Shown: positions 38,383-51,103 of the stretch, one piece after another
How positions within the stretch are numbered: the stretch's first letter is position 1
Layout: each line of letters opens with the position of its first letter
NCBI RefSeq assembly: GCF_963921235.1
Contig: NC_086097.1
Coordinates: 208,012,001 to 208,076,000, forward strand
Reading direction: 5' to 3'
DNA length: 64,000 bases
From: Mobula hypostoma
Taxonomy: Eukaryota
Notes under the pieces: model-generated
Seen by the model: only the letters and a program-made list of their open reading frames with translations
What the model was told of the DNA's origin: nothing
Database searches by the model: none
Translations under genes and position numbers: made by a program

Positions 38383-38518
38383 TTTTTTAAGAGGCAGAGT
38401 TACTAGCTCAACACTCAATCCAGCACAGAATAGAAAGTGTGCAAAGGGTCAGCTGGATCCGAATGCAGACCATTTGTCTTGAAGTCCAGTGCTGATGCCA
38501 CTTCACCACCGGCTGGCT
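38383..38518 (-). mobile_element. Decayed tRNA-derived SINE
   Basis: Minus strand AGCCAGCCGGTGGTGAAGTGGCATCAGC (A-box-like), degenerate B box and A-rich end. Confidence 0.45.
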
Positions 38519-38614
38519 AGAGGGACTTTACTTTCAAGGTAATAATGAATCAGTTAGGACCATGGAATTGGAAATTGGATTGCCAGGGACTATCGTGGGT
38601 TTCACAAATAACCA

Positions 38615-40337
38615 GATTTTTTGTGTCGGTTTTCATGGTGGAGGACACGTCTGACATGCTGAAGAGAGATTATATGGATGCAATGGGAGGTAAGGACCAC
38701 GATACAATAGCTAACACTAAAGAGGTAGTGCTGAGCAAACTGGTGGGCCTAAAGGTAGGCAAGTCCCCTGGTCCTGAAGGAATGCATCCCAGGGTACTGA
38801 AAGAAATGGCAAATGTTATAGTTGAGGCATTGATCATAATTCACCAAAATTTTCTGGATTCTGGGCAGGTTCCAATGGGATTGGAAGAAGGCAAATGTCA
38901 CACCAATGTTCAAAAAAGGATGTAGGCAAAAGGCAGGTAACTATAGGCCAGTTAGTTTAACATCTGTAGTTGGGAAAATGCTTGAAGCTATCATCAAAGA
39001 AGAAAGAGCGAGGCATCTGGAAAGTAATGGATCCATCAGGCAGACGCAGCATGGATTCAGCAAAGGCAGATCCTGTTTGACAAACTTACTGGAGTTCTTT
39101 GAGGATATAATGAGTTCAGTGGATAGAGGGGAACAGATGGATGTTATTTACTTGGATTTCAAGAAGGTGTTCGGTAAGGTGCCACATAAAAGAGTTATCC
39201 ATAAAATGAGGATGCATAGAGTTGGGGGTGATGTATTAGCAGGGATAGAGGATTGGTTAACCAATAGAAAGCAGAGAGTTGGGATTCATGGGTGTTGCTC
39301 TGGTTGGCAATCAGTGGTGAGTGGTGTGCTACAGGAGTCAGTGCTGGGCCCGCAACTGTTCACAATACACATTAATGATCCAGAAGAGGGGACCGAGTGT
39401 AGTGTATCTAATTTTTCTGGTGACACTAAATTAAGTGGAAAAGCAAATTGTGCAGAGGATACGGAGAATCTGCAGAGAGATATAGATAGGTTAAGTGAGT
39501 GGGCAAGGGTCTGGCAGATGGAGTACAATGTTGGTAAATGCGAAGTCATCCACTTTGGAAGGAAAAATGGAAAAGCAGATTATTATTTAAATAGTAAAAG
39601 ATTGCAGCATGCTGCTATGCAGAAGGGCTTCGGAGAGTGTCTGCATGAATCACAAAAGGTTGGTTTGCAGGTGCAGCAGGCTATCAAGAAGGCAAATGGA
39701 ATATTAGCCTTCATTGCTAGAGGGATTGAATTTAAGAGCAGTGAGGTTATGCTGCAACTGTACAGGGTACTGGTGAGGCTGCATCTGGAGTACTACATGC
39801 AGTTCTAGTCTCCTTGAGGAAGGACATACTGGCTTTGGAGGTGGTGCAGAAAAGGTTCACCAGGTTGATTCCAGAGATGAGGGGGTTAGATTATGAGATT
39901 TAGTTACCTGGGACGGTACTCACTGGAATTCAGAAGGATGAGAGGAGATCTTATGGAAACGTATAAAATTATGAAAGGGATAGATAAGCTAGAGGCAGGG
40001 AAGTTGTTTCCACTGGTAGGTGAGACCAGAACTAGGGGACATAGCCTCAGGATTCCGGGGAGTAAATTTAGGATGGAGATGAGGAGCAACTGATTTTCAC
40101 AAAGAGCGATGAATCTGTGGAATTCTCTGCTCAATAAAGCAGTGGAGGCTACCTCAGTAAATATATTTAAGACACGGATAGATTTTTGCATAGTAGGGGA
40201 ATTAAGGGTTCTGGGGAAAAAAGGCAGGTAGGTGGAGATGAGCCCATGGCCAGATCAGCCTTGATCTTATTGAATGGCGGAGCAGGCTTGAGGTGCCAGA
40301 TGACCTACTCCTGCTCCTATTTCTTATGTTCTTATGA
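38615..40337 (+). mobile_element. CR1 LINE RT region, (TTCTTATG)n tail
   Basis: KSPGPEGMHPRVLKE, NYRPVSLTS and WQMEYNVGKC in ORFs spanning 38545-40093. Confidence 0.93.
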
Positions 40338-41731
40338 ATCAATGGCCACAAGATAACTACTTGAAATTAATGTGCAGGTAGAGAACAGTCACTCCAGAGG
40401 AAATGGCTGGAGAGATCATGAGAGTGGACAAAACCTACTGATACAGAATTCCATTGAGAAGAAATATGAAATGGGAAGCGCTTGGGGAAGTTGCAGGAAA
40501 CCCAATCTATGAGAATGAGTATGGTGAAAGGAACAGCCACATGGAAGATGACAGAAGTCCAACTGTGAAAGCTCAACTGAGAAAAAGCCGAGGAGGTTGA
40601 TGTGAAACTATTCCTGAGGAAGGAAAAGTTATTTGGTTGAGATTTGCACATCAACAAAACCAAAGTCTTGTGGCATAGAACTAAGGACATATTGAAACAA
40701 ATGAAGCAGGTTAACTGTAGATATAGGTCTTCTACTGAAAGTAGACAGCATTAAGAAAATACCTTTGGGGACATAAAGAATATATTGAGGACCTTCTTTG
40801 AGAATTGTGCATCTACTATGTTGGCTGTTCAGATGAGAGACAGAAAAATTTGGGTCTTTGTATGTTTTGGAGCTAATATAGCAGTGAAATACCAGGACAA
40901 AGGACACTAATTACAAAAGCCTTGCGTTAAGTAAAGAAAATGCAAAGCAAAATAACAAGCTGTCAGCAAATAATGCCATGGTGAAGCATCTTGGAGTAAA
41001 AATATGTTGAGTACAGGACAGTGAAAGACAGTCTGTAATCAGTAGCCCAAGTTATAGATGTCACTTCCACAGAGGGTTAACAGCTTTAAAACAACAGCAC
41101 TACTAACTATCTTAAAAGACAGACTGCTCGAATGTAAAGTTCTTTAGTTATTTTTGAATGGAATTTGCAAGGATCTAGGACTACAACTATGCCTTTACAA
41201 GTATCTAAAAACAAAATGAGTTCAACAAGCTCAGTACAAGCTGCCACAGTGAAATGGTATTGATTGAATCTGACAAAGGCAATACAAATGGACAAGATGA
41301 TATCGTTGAAGTTCTTTGGAAGAATCTGTGTCTCTTGCTATTTACATGCATAGTTCATAAATATATTGCATCAAATGCAGATTTACTTGGATGCATTCAG
41401 AGAAGATTGCATTGAACTATGAAGATGATCTCAAAGCTATGAAAATCCTCAGGAGGGTTTTGCAACAGATGTGGAAGTTAATGTCAGAGTGTCCCAACAG
41501 AGGTGAGAGCCTTGTCATAGAGAGGACTTAATAGCATAAAATATGATGGCAAGAAAGAGAAAAGGTCCAGTGTCTACTGAGACAGGGTATAGGCAAGAGC
41601 AGTGAAAAATTAGCGGGACTAAGATGGTGGGTCTTAAGGAGTAACTGGAGATTGTGCCATTCCGTTCATGGGATCCAGCTGAGTACAAAATACAGAATAT
41701 AACTGTAGTTCCTACGGAGCTTAGGAGGAAT

Positions 41732-42541
41732 AATGGCATCTAACAGCAACTCCTTTGCTTGCATCTTCAAAAACCACTCTATTTCTACCTTTAATATCTT
41801 TAGTTTTTCCTTTCAGGGTTCTTTTGAAGACCCTGACCTGGAGTTACACACAGGCTTCGGTTCTTTGTGAGAATGGGACCTGCTCTTGGGGTTCCACGAT
41901 TGGTCATTATTCGACGTGCCAAGGATTTGGCCTGAGAGTCTCGATTGTGTTCGGAATCCAAAGATCTCGGGGCTGTGGAGACGGGCAGATTGAGGGTCAG
42001 TGTCATGGCAGGAGACTCGTGTGTCGTTGGGGAGGCCGGAAAATCTTTCGCTGTGGGCCCGAAGACGCGAGGTCTTTGTGATCTTCGGACACAGAGCTCG
42101 AAAAAAAGCAATGAAACAGACTTTTAAGATTGTAAACCAGTGGGTTGTTGTTATACCTCCCGCTCGCTGTGAAAATTGGGGACACCTCCCTCTCCCTTGC
42201 CAGAGAGAAAGAGAACCTGTGGGTTGTCAAATTCAGATGAAATGCAAAGCTTTTGGGGTAACTTTGGTCTGTGTCTTTGCTATTGCTTAGCACACGCTTG
42301 GGCTCAGTGATTGTACCAATGCGCTTTTATTTTTGCTAGTGGGGGGAGGGAGAATCGTTGCTCTCTGCCGGTTATGCGCGGGAGTGGGGAGCTGGTGGGG
42401 ACTTTGAGGTTCTCACATTTAACTGTTGTTCATTCTTTGGGGCACTTCTCTGTTTTTGTAGATTTTTTGCGAAGGAAACAAATTTCAGGATGTATATTGT
42501 ATACATCTCTCTGACATTAAACTTGACCTTTGAAACTTTGA
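41732..42541 (+). mobile_element. About 810-bp non-coding, non-autonomous retroposon with a Rex/Babar-like (CTTTGAA) tail
   Basis: CpG-richer block ending ATTAAACTTGACCTTTGAAACTTTGA; 3' part resembles the Rex-type tails at 5340-5420 and 11470-11550. Confidence 0.55.
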
Positions 42542-43692
42542 TTAGTGTTTTAATTCTGTGTTTGTATATTTCCTTTCTAAAATAAAACTAGAATATCTTT
42601 AAAACTATTTTGTATCGCACAGTATGCTTCTGAAATATTGTTATACTCTGTCACTGCAGTTCAATTGAGAATTACTGCCTTCAGTGTTTCTTCACAGCTT
42701 TACCTCAATCTTAGTGCCTATGTTGGCAGCAATATAAATGAAGCTCAAAGGACACCACATATAACTGCAACCCAAATACTAACTTATGGCCATAAAACAC
42801 AGTCTCTATTATCCAGTGACAATCTCCACAGCAAGCCCAAATGGATTGAAAGTTTAGAAGTAACGGGGCAACAGTGACCGTATCAGAAGAGATGTTCACT
42901 TGAAAATAAAGGACAGAACACCTTGAATGGCAACTGGAACAAGAAGAAAAAACATTAAAAGGGAAATGGAGGCAACTGGTAAATATCAGATCATAATGAG
43001 ATTAATTTCTAGAGAGAATATAGGAAGTTCGGAAATCAATTCAAATTAATTTAGGAATCAAAGAGAAATAATGAGAGAAGATTAGTGGGTAATATTACAT
43101 AGAATTTTAAAAATTTTCAGGTTATATGCCTATATTGTGTATAGGCACTTAAAGTTAGTTCTATATCATCTTCTATTATGAGTGCTGTGGGTGCCAAAGT
43201 TAGCACATTTCTAGTTTATAATATATTGGCAGCTATATTGTTAAATCTCACATCTAAATGTGCATGGTGGTCAGTTTATCACATACAATATTGATTTGAT
43301 GTCAGCACTGATAAGCTGATATTCTGCACTTCAGTCTTTCGGAGCAGCAGTAAGAGGCCAGGTCTTCCATAATTGTCTGAATTTATCCTCCAAGACCAAA
43401 TACAGTTTTCTCTGCTAAAAGTCAGTAAACTGCTACTAGACTGTAGCTGTTAGGATAGCACTGCATACAACACCCAGACAAAGAAATAGGATTATGATAC
43501 AAATATCAGATTGCAAATTCCTCCTCAGTTAAATATGCTAAATGTGCAAATTTGTAGGATATTCTTCCTGTGCCTTGCTTTTACCGTTTGCTTCCATTTA
43601 ATACAGCACAACATCTATATACTACAATATTAAGATTTTAGTGCATGGGTGAATTTCTTTGGCTGTGGATGCCCAGCCCCCTATCCCCACGT

Positions 43693-44523
43693 CCAAATGG
43701 AATACAATTTTGGGAAATGTATGATAATGTATTTTGGGAAAAGGAACAGTAGTGTGATCTATTATCTAAATGGGGAGAAGGTTCAAACATCAGAGGTGCA
43801 GAGGGACTTAGGGGACCTCGTGCAAGACTCTCAGAAGGTTAATTTATAAGTTGAGTCTGCGGCAAAGAAGGCAAATGAAATGTTAGCATTTATTTCAAGG
43901 AGAATAGAATATAAAAGCAAGGGGACAATGCTGAGCATTTATAAGACACTAGTCAAGCTGCGCTTAGAGTGTTGTCAACAGTTTTGGGCCCCATATTTTA
44001 GAAAGGATGTATTGTCATTGGAGAGAGTCCAGAGGAAGTTCACAAGGATGATTCCAGGAATGAAGGGGTTAACATATGAGGAGCGTTTGGCAGCTTTGGG
44101 CCAGTACTCACTGGAATTTAGAAGAATGGCGGGGGGGGGATCTCATTGAAACCTACCGAATGTTGAGAGGATTAGATAGGGTGGATGTGGAGAGGATGTT
44201 TCCTATGGTGGGGTTACCCAGAACTAGAGGGCATAGCTTCAAAATTGAGGGATGACCTTTTAGAACAGAGGTAAGAAGAAATTTTTTTAGCTAGTGAGTA
44301 GTGAATCTATGGAATGCTCTGCCACAGACTGCGGTGGAGGCCAGGTCCGTGAGTATATTTAAGGTAGAAGTTGATCGCTTCCCGATCACTCAGGGCATCA
44401 AAGTATATGGTGTGGAGCCAGGTGTATGGGGTTGAGTGGAATCCGGGATCTGCCATGATGGAATGGCAGAGTAGACTCGATGGGCTGAATGGCCTAATTT
44501 TGTTCCTGTGTATTATGGACTTA
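43693..44523 (+). mobile_element. CR1 3' fragment (similar to 10140-11220)
   Basis: QMEYNFGKCMIMYFGK and LERVQRKFTRMIPG. Confidence 0.9.
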
Positions 44524-44938
44524 TCCCCACATTGTGCCACAGGCTAAAAGACTCAACCAGACCCGAAGGGGTCATTAATCTGCTGTACATGCTAGTAAGT
44601 GACAGAATGACTCTCGATATGCACAGTGTACTCATTCATTTGGTTTCAGACTGGAGCCATGAGCCAAGAATTTGGAGGGTTGCCTGTGGTTTGTTACGAA
44701 TCAAATTGACATAAGAACAGAAGAGCTGGAGGTGGTCATCTGGTACATTGAGACTTATCTGCTACTGAATAAGATCATGGCTGTTCATGGACTCACCTCC
44801 ACCAATTTGCTTTTTCCCCATCATCCTAATTCCCTACTATGAAAAATACTATCCGATTGCATCTAAGATCTACTTAATGAGGGAGCCTCTACTGAAAATG
44901 GAACACAATCAGAGTAGCACAACCAGAAGCACTGTGAT

Positions 44939-45124
44939 CCAGAGAAAATCTGCAGATGCTGGTAATCCAAGCAACACACACAAAATGCTGGAGGAACTCT
45001 GCAGGTGAGGCAGCATCTACGGGAAAAAAGTACAGTCAAAATTTTGGGGCAATACTGAGGGTTTCTTTTTCCATAGATGTTGCCTGGCCTGCTGAGTTCT
45101 TCCAGCATTTTGTGTGTGTTGCGT
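44939..45124. mobile_element. Fold-back PLE pseudo-LTR insertion, 14-bp TSD
   Basis: Inverted arms GCAACACACACAAAATGCTGG... / ...CCAGCATTTTGTGTGTGTTGC; TSD AGAAGCACTGYGAT at 44925-44938 and 45125-45138. Confidence 0.85.
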
Positions 45125-45339
45125 AGAAGCACTGCGATACTTCTTTGATTCTGGGCAGTGACTGAGATGGTGTAATGACATAGCTACTTACTAGCTTCAC
45201 ATATAAGAGTGGTATCCCTTACAAATGCATTAATTCTGTATTTATACCTTGAATATGTGAATAAAAAAGCAGGAGTAGATCACTATCATTTAATGAGATC
45301 ATGCTGCTTCAACTGTGATCTCAACTCTGTATTCCCATG

Positions 45340-45530
45340 TAACACACACAAAATGCCTGAACAACTTAGTAGGTCAGGCACCATCTACGGAGAGGAATAA
45401 AGAGACAACATTTCCAGTCATGACCCTACACCTTTATTCCTCTCCATAGATGCTGCCTGACCTGCTGAGTTCCTCCAGCACGTTGTGTGTATTACTCTGG
45501 ATTTCTAGCATCTGCAGAGTATCTTGTGAC
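45340..45530. mobile_element. Older fold-back PLE pseudo-LTR insertion
   Basis: Inverted arms around 45400-45432 (GGAGAGGAATAAAG / CTTTATTCCTCTCC). Confidence 0.75.
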
Positions 45531-45769
45531 ACCCCCCCCCCACCCCTTTATCTTTCCCCTTACTGGTTTTTCATCTGGCACCTACCAGCCTTCTCCTTCC
45601 CACCCTCCCCCCACCTTCTTTATGGGGCCCCTTCTCTCTACAGTCCTGATGAGGGTTCCGGCCCGAAACGTTGACTGATCATTTCCACAGATGCTGCCCG
45701 ACCTGCTGAACTCCTCCAACGTGTTGTCAGTGTTGCTTTGACCCCAGCATCTGCAGAGTATTTTGTTTT
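45531..45769 (+). mobile_element. PLE pseudo-LTR inserted into the tail of the previous element, 11-bp TSD
   Basis: TSD TATCTTGTGAC at 45520-45530 and 45770-45780. Confidence 0.8.
45641..45677 (+). ncRNA. Minimal type I hammerhead motif, canonical core
   Basis: CAGUC-CUGAUGA-GGGU(UCCG)GCCC-GAAA-CG-UU-GACUG; perfect 5-bp stem I. Confidence 0.85.
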
Positions 45770-45991
45770 TATCTTGTGACTATATTCTCAGCTTCACATA
45801 TATCTACAACTAGTTTTTTTTAAATATCATGGATACTTGTTTTGCCTTTATATTTGTTAATTGCTTCCATCATACTTTAAGAAAGAAAAGTTTCAATATG
45901 CAAGATCTTTCAAGGAAGTAAAATCGCAACATCTCTGCCTTAACTGGAAAAACACTTTTTTTTATTGGTACCCCTGATTCTGCGTTCTTCA

Positions 45992-47075
45992 GTAAGATTG
46001 TTAGTAGAATCTTAGGTGGTGATGAGAGGGCGTACAGGAGTGAGATATGCCAACTAGTGGAGTGGTGCTGCAACCTAGCACTCAATGTCAGTAAGACGAA
46101 AGAGCTGATTGTGGACTTCAGGAAGGGCAAGACAAAGGAACACATACCAACCTCATAGAGGGATCAGAAGTGGAGAGAGTGAGCAGCTTCAAGTTCCTGG
46201 GCGTCAAAATCTCTGAGGATCTTACCTGGTCCCAACATATTGATGCAGTTATAAAGAAGGCAAGACAGCGGCTATTAGGAGTTTGAAGAGATTTGGCATG
46301 TCAACAAATACACTCAAAAACTTCTATAGATTAGATTAGATTAGATTATTGTGCCACGCAGTCCTCTTTTATTGTCATTTAGTAATGCATGCATTAAGAA
46401 ATGATACAATGTTCCTCCAGAATGATATCACAGAAACAAGACATACCAAGACTGAAAAACTGACAAAAACCATATAATTATAACATATAGTTACAACAGT
46501 GTAAAGCAATACTGTAATTTGATATAGTTGTACCGTAGAGAGCATTCTGACAGGCTGCATCACTGTCTGGAATGGAGGGGCTACTGCACAGGACCCAAAG
46601 AAGCTGCAGAAGGTTGTAAATCTAGTCAGCTCCATCTTGGGCACGAGCCTACAAAGCACCCAGGACATCTTTAGCGAGCGGTGTCTCAGAAAGGCAGCAT
46701 CCATTATTAAGGACATCCAGCACCCAGAGCATGCCCTTTTCTCACTGTTACCATCAGGTAGGAGATACAGAAGCCTGAAGGCACACACTCAGTGATTCAG
46801 GAACAGCTTCCTCCCCTCTGCCATCTGATTCCTAAATGGACATTGAAGCTTTGGACACCACCTCACTTTTTTTTAAACATACAGTATTTCTGTTTTTGCA
46901 CATTTTTAAGATCTATTCAATATACGTAATTGATTTACTTGTTTTTTTTAATGTTATTTATTATTATCATTTTTTTCTCTGCTAGATTATGTATTGCATT
47001 GAACTGCTGCTACTAAGTTAACAAATTTCATGTCACATGCCGGTGATAATAAACCTGATTCTGACTCTGATTCTC
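45992..47075 (+). mobile_element. Rex1/Babar LINE 3' region, interrupted by a minus-strand (AATCT)n-tailed retroposon (46330-46522, TSD TATAG)
   Basis: [13 protein letters not shown] and HALFSLLPSGRRYRS; TATAG at 46325-46329 and 46523-46527. Confidence 0.88.
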
Positions 47076-47171
47076 TCTATATACATTTGCTAAGACTCCT
47101 CAGAATGTTATACATCCAGTAGATTCAAGCCAACTTGTGCCTGCTTTCCTCATAAGAGAACCTATCCATTA

Positions 47172-48556
47172 CACTGGACAACAAAGATTTCACTTCCTGA
47201 GTACTTTTGGGTGGTGGAGCAGACTTGATGGGGTGAATAGCCTAGTTCTGCTCCTATGTTTTATGGTCTAGCTAATGGATTTTGGGCTGCTGATCATGAA
47301 AATCACCATGAAATTTCCCTATCATGCACCACTTTTTTTTTGGAATTGCCTATATTTGTTTCAATTCATAATTCAAGTCAATTAAAATGTTGCCCACAAT
47401 GTTAGCTGAAAAGTTTTCTGCCTTGTCCGGGCGTGAGTGGGCATTTTTTGGATTATCAGCATAACTCACAATAATGGCGTCTTTTTATTGATTCTTCAGT
47501 GTTAAGCTTGAAAGCTGTGCTGTTACCCAATGGCAACGTCCACCCTTCAACACCAATCGGCTATGCAGTACACATGAACCAAAACTACTGAAACATATAC
47601 AGTACAGCAACTAGATCTGGAACATCTGTAGTAATCGGGAAGTAGTAGTGCTACTACTAGGAATGCAGCTTGGATAAACTAACTACTGTTGTTTCTTTTG
47701 CGTATGGGCCAGACATGCTAAAGAATCTCATTACATTAAAAAAGATTGGCTCCTCCATGTGCAGTTAGTTCCACGGAAGCAAAGTGTGGCATGTAAGCCA
47801 CTTGTAGACCTAACAAATATCTTTTTGCCTCCTCTTCATATAAAAATGGGGCTTATGAAAAACTTTGTGTAAGTGATGATCAAAGAAGGTGATGGATTTT
47901 GATATTTGAGACAGATGTTTCCCAGAATAACTGATGCCAAGATTAAGGAAGGCAGTTTTGTTGGTCCACAAATCAAACAGGTCATCAATGAAAGGCAATT
48001 CAAAGAACTTCTACTGGGACTGGAGAAAATTGCATGGAAGGCATTCTAGTATGTTGTGGAAAATTTTCTTGGCAACTACAGAGCACCAAACTATGTGCAG
48101 CTGGTTGCCAACATGCTTCAAGAAAACAAAGCCATGATGTACAACATATCGCTAAAGATTCATTTTTTTGCATTCCCATTTAGACTTCTTCCCTGCAAAT
48201 CTTGGCGCTGACAAGCATGGTGAAAGGTTTCACTAGGACATTGCAGTCATGGAGAAACAGTATCAGGGCAACTGGAATCATTCAATGCTGGCTGATTATG
48301 TTGGACACCTCAGCAAGAAGCCTCAGACACTGAGTACAAATGAAAATCATCAACTAATCACTCTTAGCTTAGTTGAACTATCACAAAGCATCAGCACCAT
48401 TATGCCATTAAATGCATTATATTTAATAAAAGTTAATTTATTGTTTCTCCAAATTTCTTCATGATACAAGTAGTTTGAAATTATATTTATGTTCAGCTTC
48501 AAGCGATCTGTCATAGTCACCAAAATCTACTGACGAAGCAAATTTGCTGTCCAATA
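47172..48556 (+). mobile_element. Chapaev3 (CMC) DNA transposon, internally deleted, with transposase C-terminal relic
   Basis: Termini CACTGGACAACAAA / TTTGCTGTCCAATA; TTA at 47169-47171 and 48557-48559; frameshifted peptides LPPLHIKMGLMKNFV, KIKEGSFVGPQIK, FLGNYRAPNY, SLKIHF.LHSHLDFFPANLG, HGERFH.DIAVMEKQYQGNWNHSMLADY. Confidence 0.85.
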
Positions 48557-49091
48557 TTATGGGTAAACCTCTTTTGATGTGCTCTCAATGCATTAGCATT
48601 CTTCCTTAACTAAGGGATCAAATACAGTACCCGGAACTCAAATCTGGATTCTCCAGTGCACAATATAATTTAAGTATAATCTTCTTATTTTTGTATTGGC
48701 TTCTTCCAGAAATAACCAATAACTTACTATTAGCTTTACTAACCACATTCATCCTTGCCTTTGGCAAATCTTATACAAGACATTTACATCTTATTGCATC
48801 TCAGAGTTCAGTAATTTATCACCATTTAGAGAATATGCATTATTTCTATTCTCTAGTTCCTGGTAAAATGGACAATTTCATATTTTCCCATGTTATTCTC
48901 CATTTTCAGATCTTTACAGCTCATTGCACCCTTCTTGTATCTCCTACTTATCTTTAATTCATGAACAAATTTAGCAATCTTGTCTTTGGTGTCTTCATCA
49001 AAATCCTTTAAATCTACTGTTAAAAGATAAGACCCAGCATCAATCCCTATGGCAATCCATCTCTGACCAAATATGAAAAGACCTTTTTTTA

Positions 49092-50430
49092 AACATGAGG
49101 AAGTCTGCAAATGCTGTAAATCCAAAGCAACACACACAAAATGCCGAAGGAACTCAGCAGGTCAGGCAGCATCTACGGAAATGAATAAACAAACAATGTT
49201 TTGGGTAAAAATGCTTCCTAGGGACTGAAAAGGAAGGGGGAAGACACCAAAATAAAAAAGGTGGGGGAGGGTAAAGGGGTTAGCTGGAAGGTGATAGGTG
49301 AAACCAGATGGGTGGGAAAGGTGAAGGGCTGGAGAAGAAGGAATCCGATAGGAGGGGAGAGAGGACCATAGAAGAAAGGAGAGGAGAAGACCAAGGAGGA
49401 AGTGATAGACAGGTGAGAAAGTGGGGACTAGAAGAAGAGGGAAGGAATTAGTTTTTGCCAGAAGGAGAAATTGATAGTCATGCCATCAGGTTGGAGGCTC
49501 CTCAGATGTAAAATAAAATGTTGCTCCTGGACCGCGGCCATGGGCCAAGGACCGACATGTCGGAACTGGAATGGGACTCAGAATTAATATAGTTGGCTCC
49601 CAGGAAGTTCCACTTGTGGCAGATGGAGCAGAAGTTTTTGACAAAGTAATCTCCCAATTTATGATGGATCTCACCAACAAAGACGATGCTGCATTGGGAG
49701 CACCGGACATAATAGACAACCCCAGCAGATTTGCAGGTGAAGTGTTGCCTCATCTGGTAGGACTATTTGGGGCCTTAAATGAAAATGAGGGAGGAGGTGA
49801 ATGGGCAGGTGTAGCACTTAGGCTGCTTTCAGGGATAAGTGCCGGGAGGGATGAATGGTAAGGGGAATTGTGAGGGGGCCATTTCCTGCAGAATGTGGAG
49901 GGGCGGGGGAAATCCCATTCTTTGAAGGAGGACATCTCAGATGCTCTGGAAAGGAGAGCTGCATCCTGAGAACAGATGCGGCAGAGATGAAGGAACTGTG
50001 TAAAGGGTATAGCAGTTTTACAGTTAATAGGGTGGGAAGAGATATAGTCACGATAACTGTGGGAAATGGTAGGTTTATAAAAGATGCCAGTTGACCGTTT
50101 GTCTCCAGAAGTAGAGACAGAGAGATTGAGAAAGGAGAGGGAGGTGTCAGAAATGGACCAAGTGAATTTAAGGGCAGGGTGGAAGGAAGAGGCAAAGTTG
50201 GTGAAATTAATGAGTTCAGCATGGGTGCATTAAGCTTCACCAATGCAGTCATCAATGTAATAGTGGAAGAGTTAGGGGGTATTACAGGGGTGGGATTTGA
50301 ACATGGACTGTTCTACATAACCAACAAAGAGGCAGGCATAAAGAGAGCCCATGTGGATGCCCATGGCTACCCCTAAAGTCTGGAGAAAGTGGGAAGAGCT
50401 GAAGAAAAAATTGTTGAGGGTCAGGACTAA
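49092..50430 (-). mobile_element. Older PLE (RT C-terminus, GIY-YIG, pseudo-LTR)
   Basis: ORF 49502-49753 RQHFTCKSAGVVYYVRCSQC; pLTR-like 49092-49230. Confidence 0.85.
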
Positions 50431-51103
50431 AGAACCATAAGATATAGGAGCAGAATTAGGCCATTTGGCCCATCAAGTCTGCTCTGCCATTCAATCATGG
50501 CTGATCCTTCTTTCTCCTCCTCAACCCCATTCCCTGGCCTTCTCCCCATAAACTTTAATGCCATATCCAATCAAGAACCTATCAATCTCTGCCTTACATA
50601 TACACAATGTCCTGGCCTCCACAGCTGCCTGTGGTAACAAGTTCCTCACATTCACCACTCTCTGGCTAAAGAAATTTCTCCACCTCTGTTTTAAATGGAT
50701 GCCCCTCTATCCTGAGGCTGTGCCCTCTTGTCCTACGCTTCCCCGCCAAGGTAAACATACTTTCCACTTCTACTCTGTCTAAGCCTTTTAATATTCATAA
50801 GGTTTCAATGCGATCCCCCTCATCCTTCGAAATTCCAGTGAGTACAGACCCAGCCACATCAAACATTCCTCATATGATAAGCCTTTCAACATTTGAAAGG
50901 TTTCAATGAAGTTTAGTATCATTAGCAAATTTCCTAATTATGCTTTATACATTCACATACATATCATTTACATAAATAATGATTAACAGAGGTCCCAACA
51001 CTGACCCCTGGGGCAACCCACTCGTCACAGCCCTCCAGTTGGAGAACCAAACTTTAACCATCACCTTCTGCTTCCTGTCATCAAGCCAGTTCTGAATCCA
51101 ATT

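Noticed and set aside
40340..41730. Purine-rich stretch as coding exons
   Set aside because: No sustained frame or clear splice pattern; looks like very old LINE debris that I cannot classify
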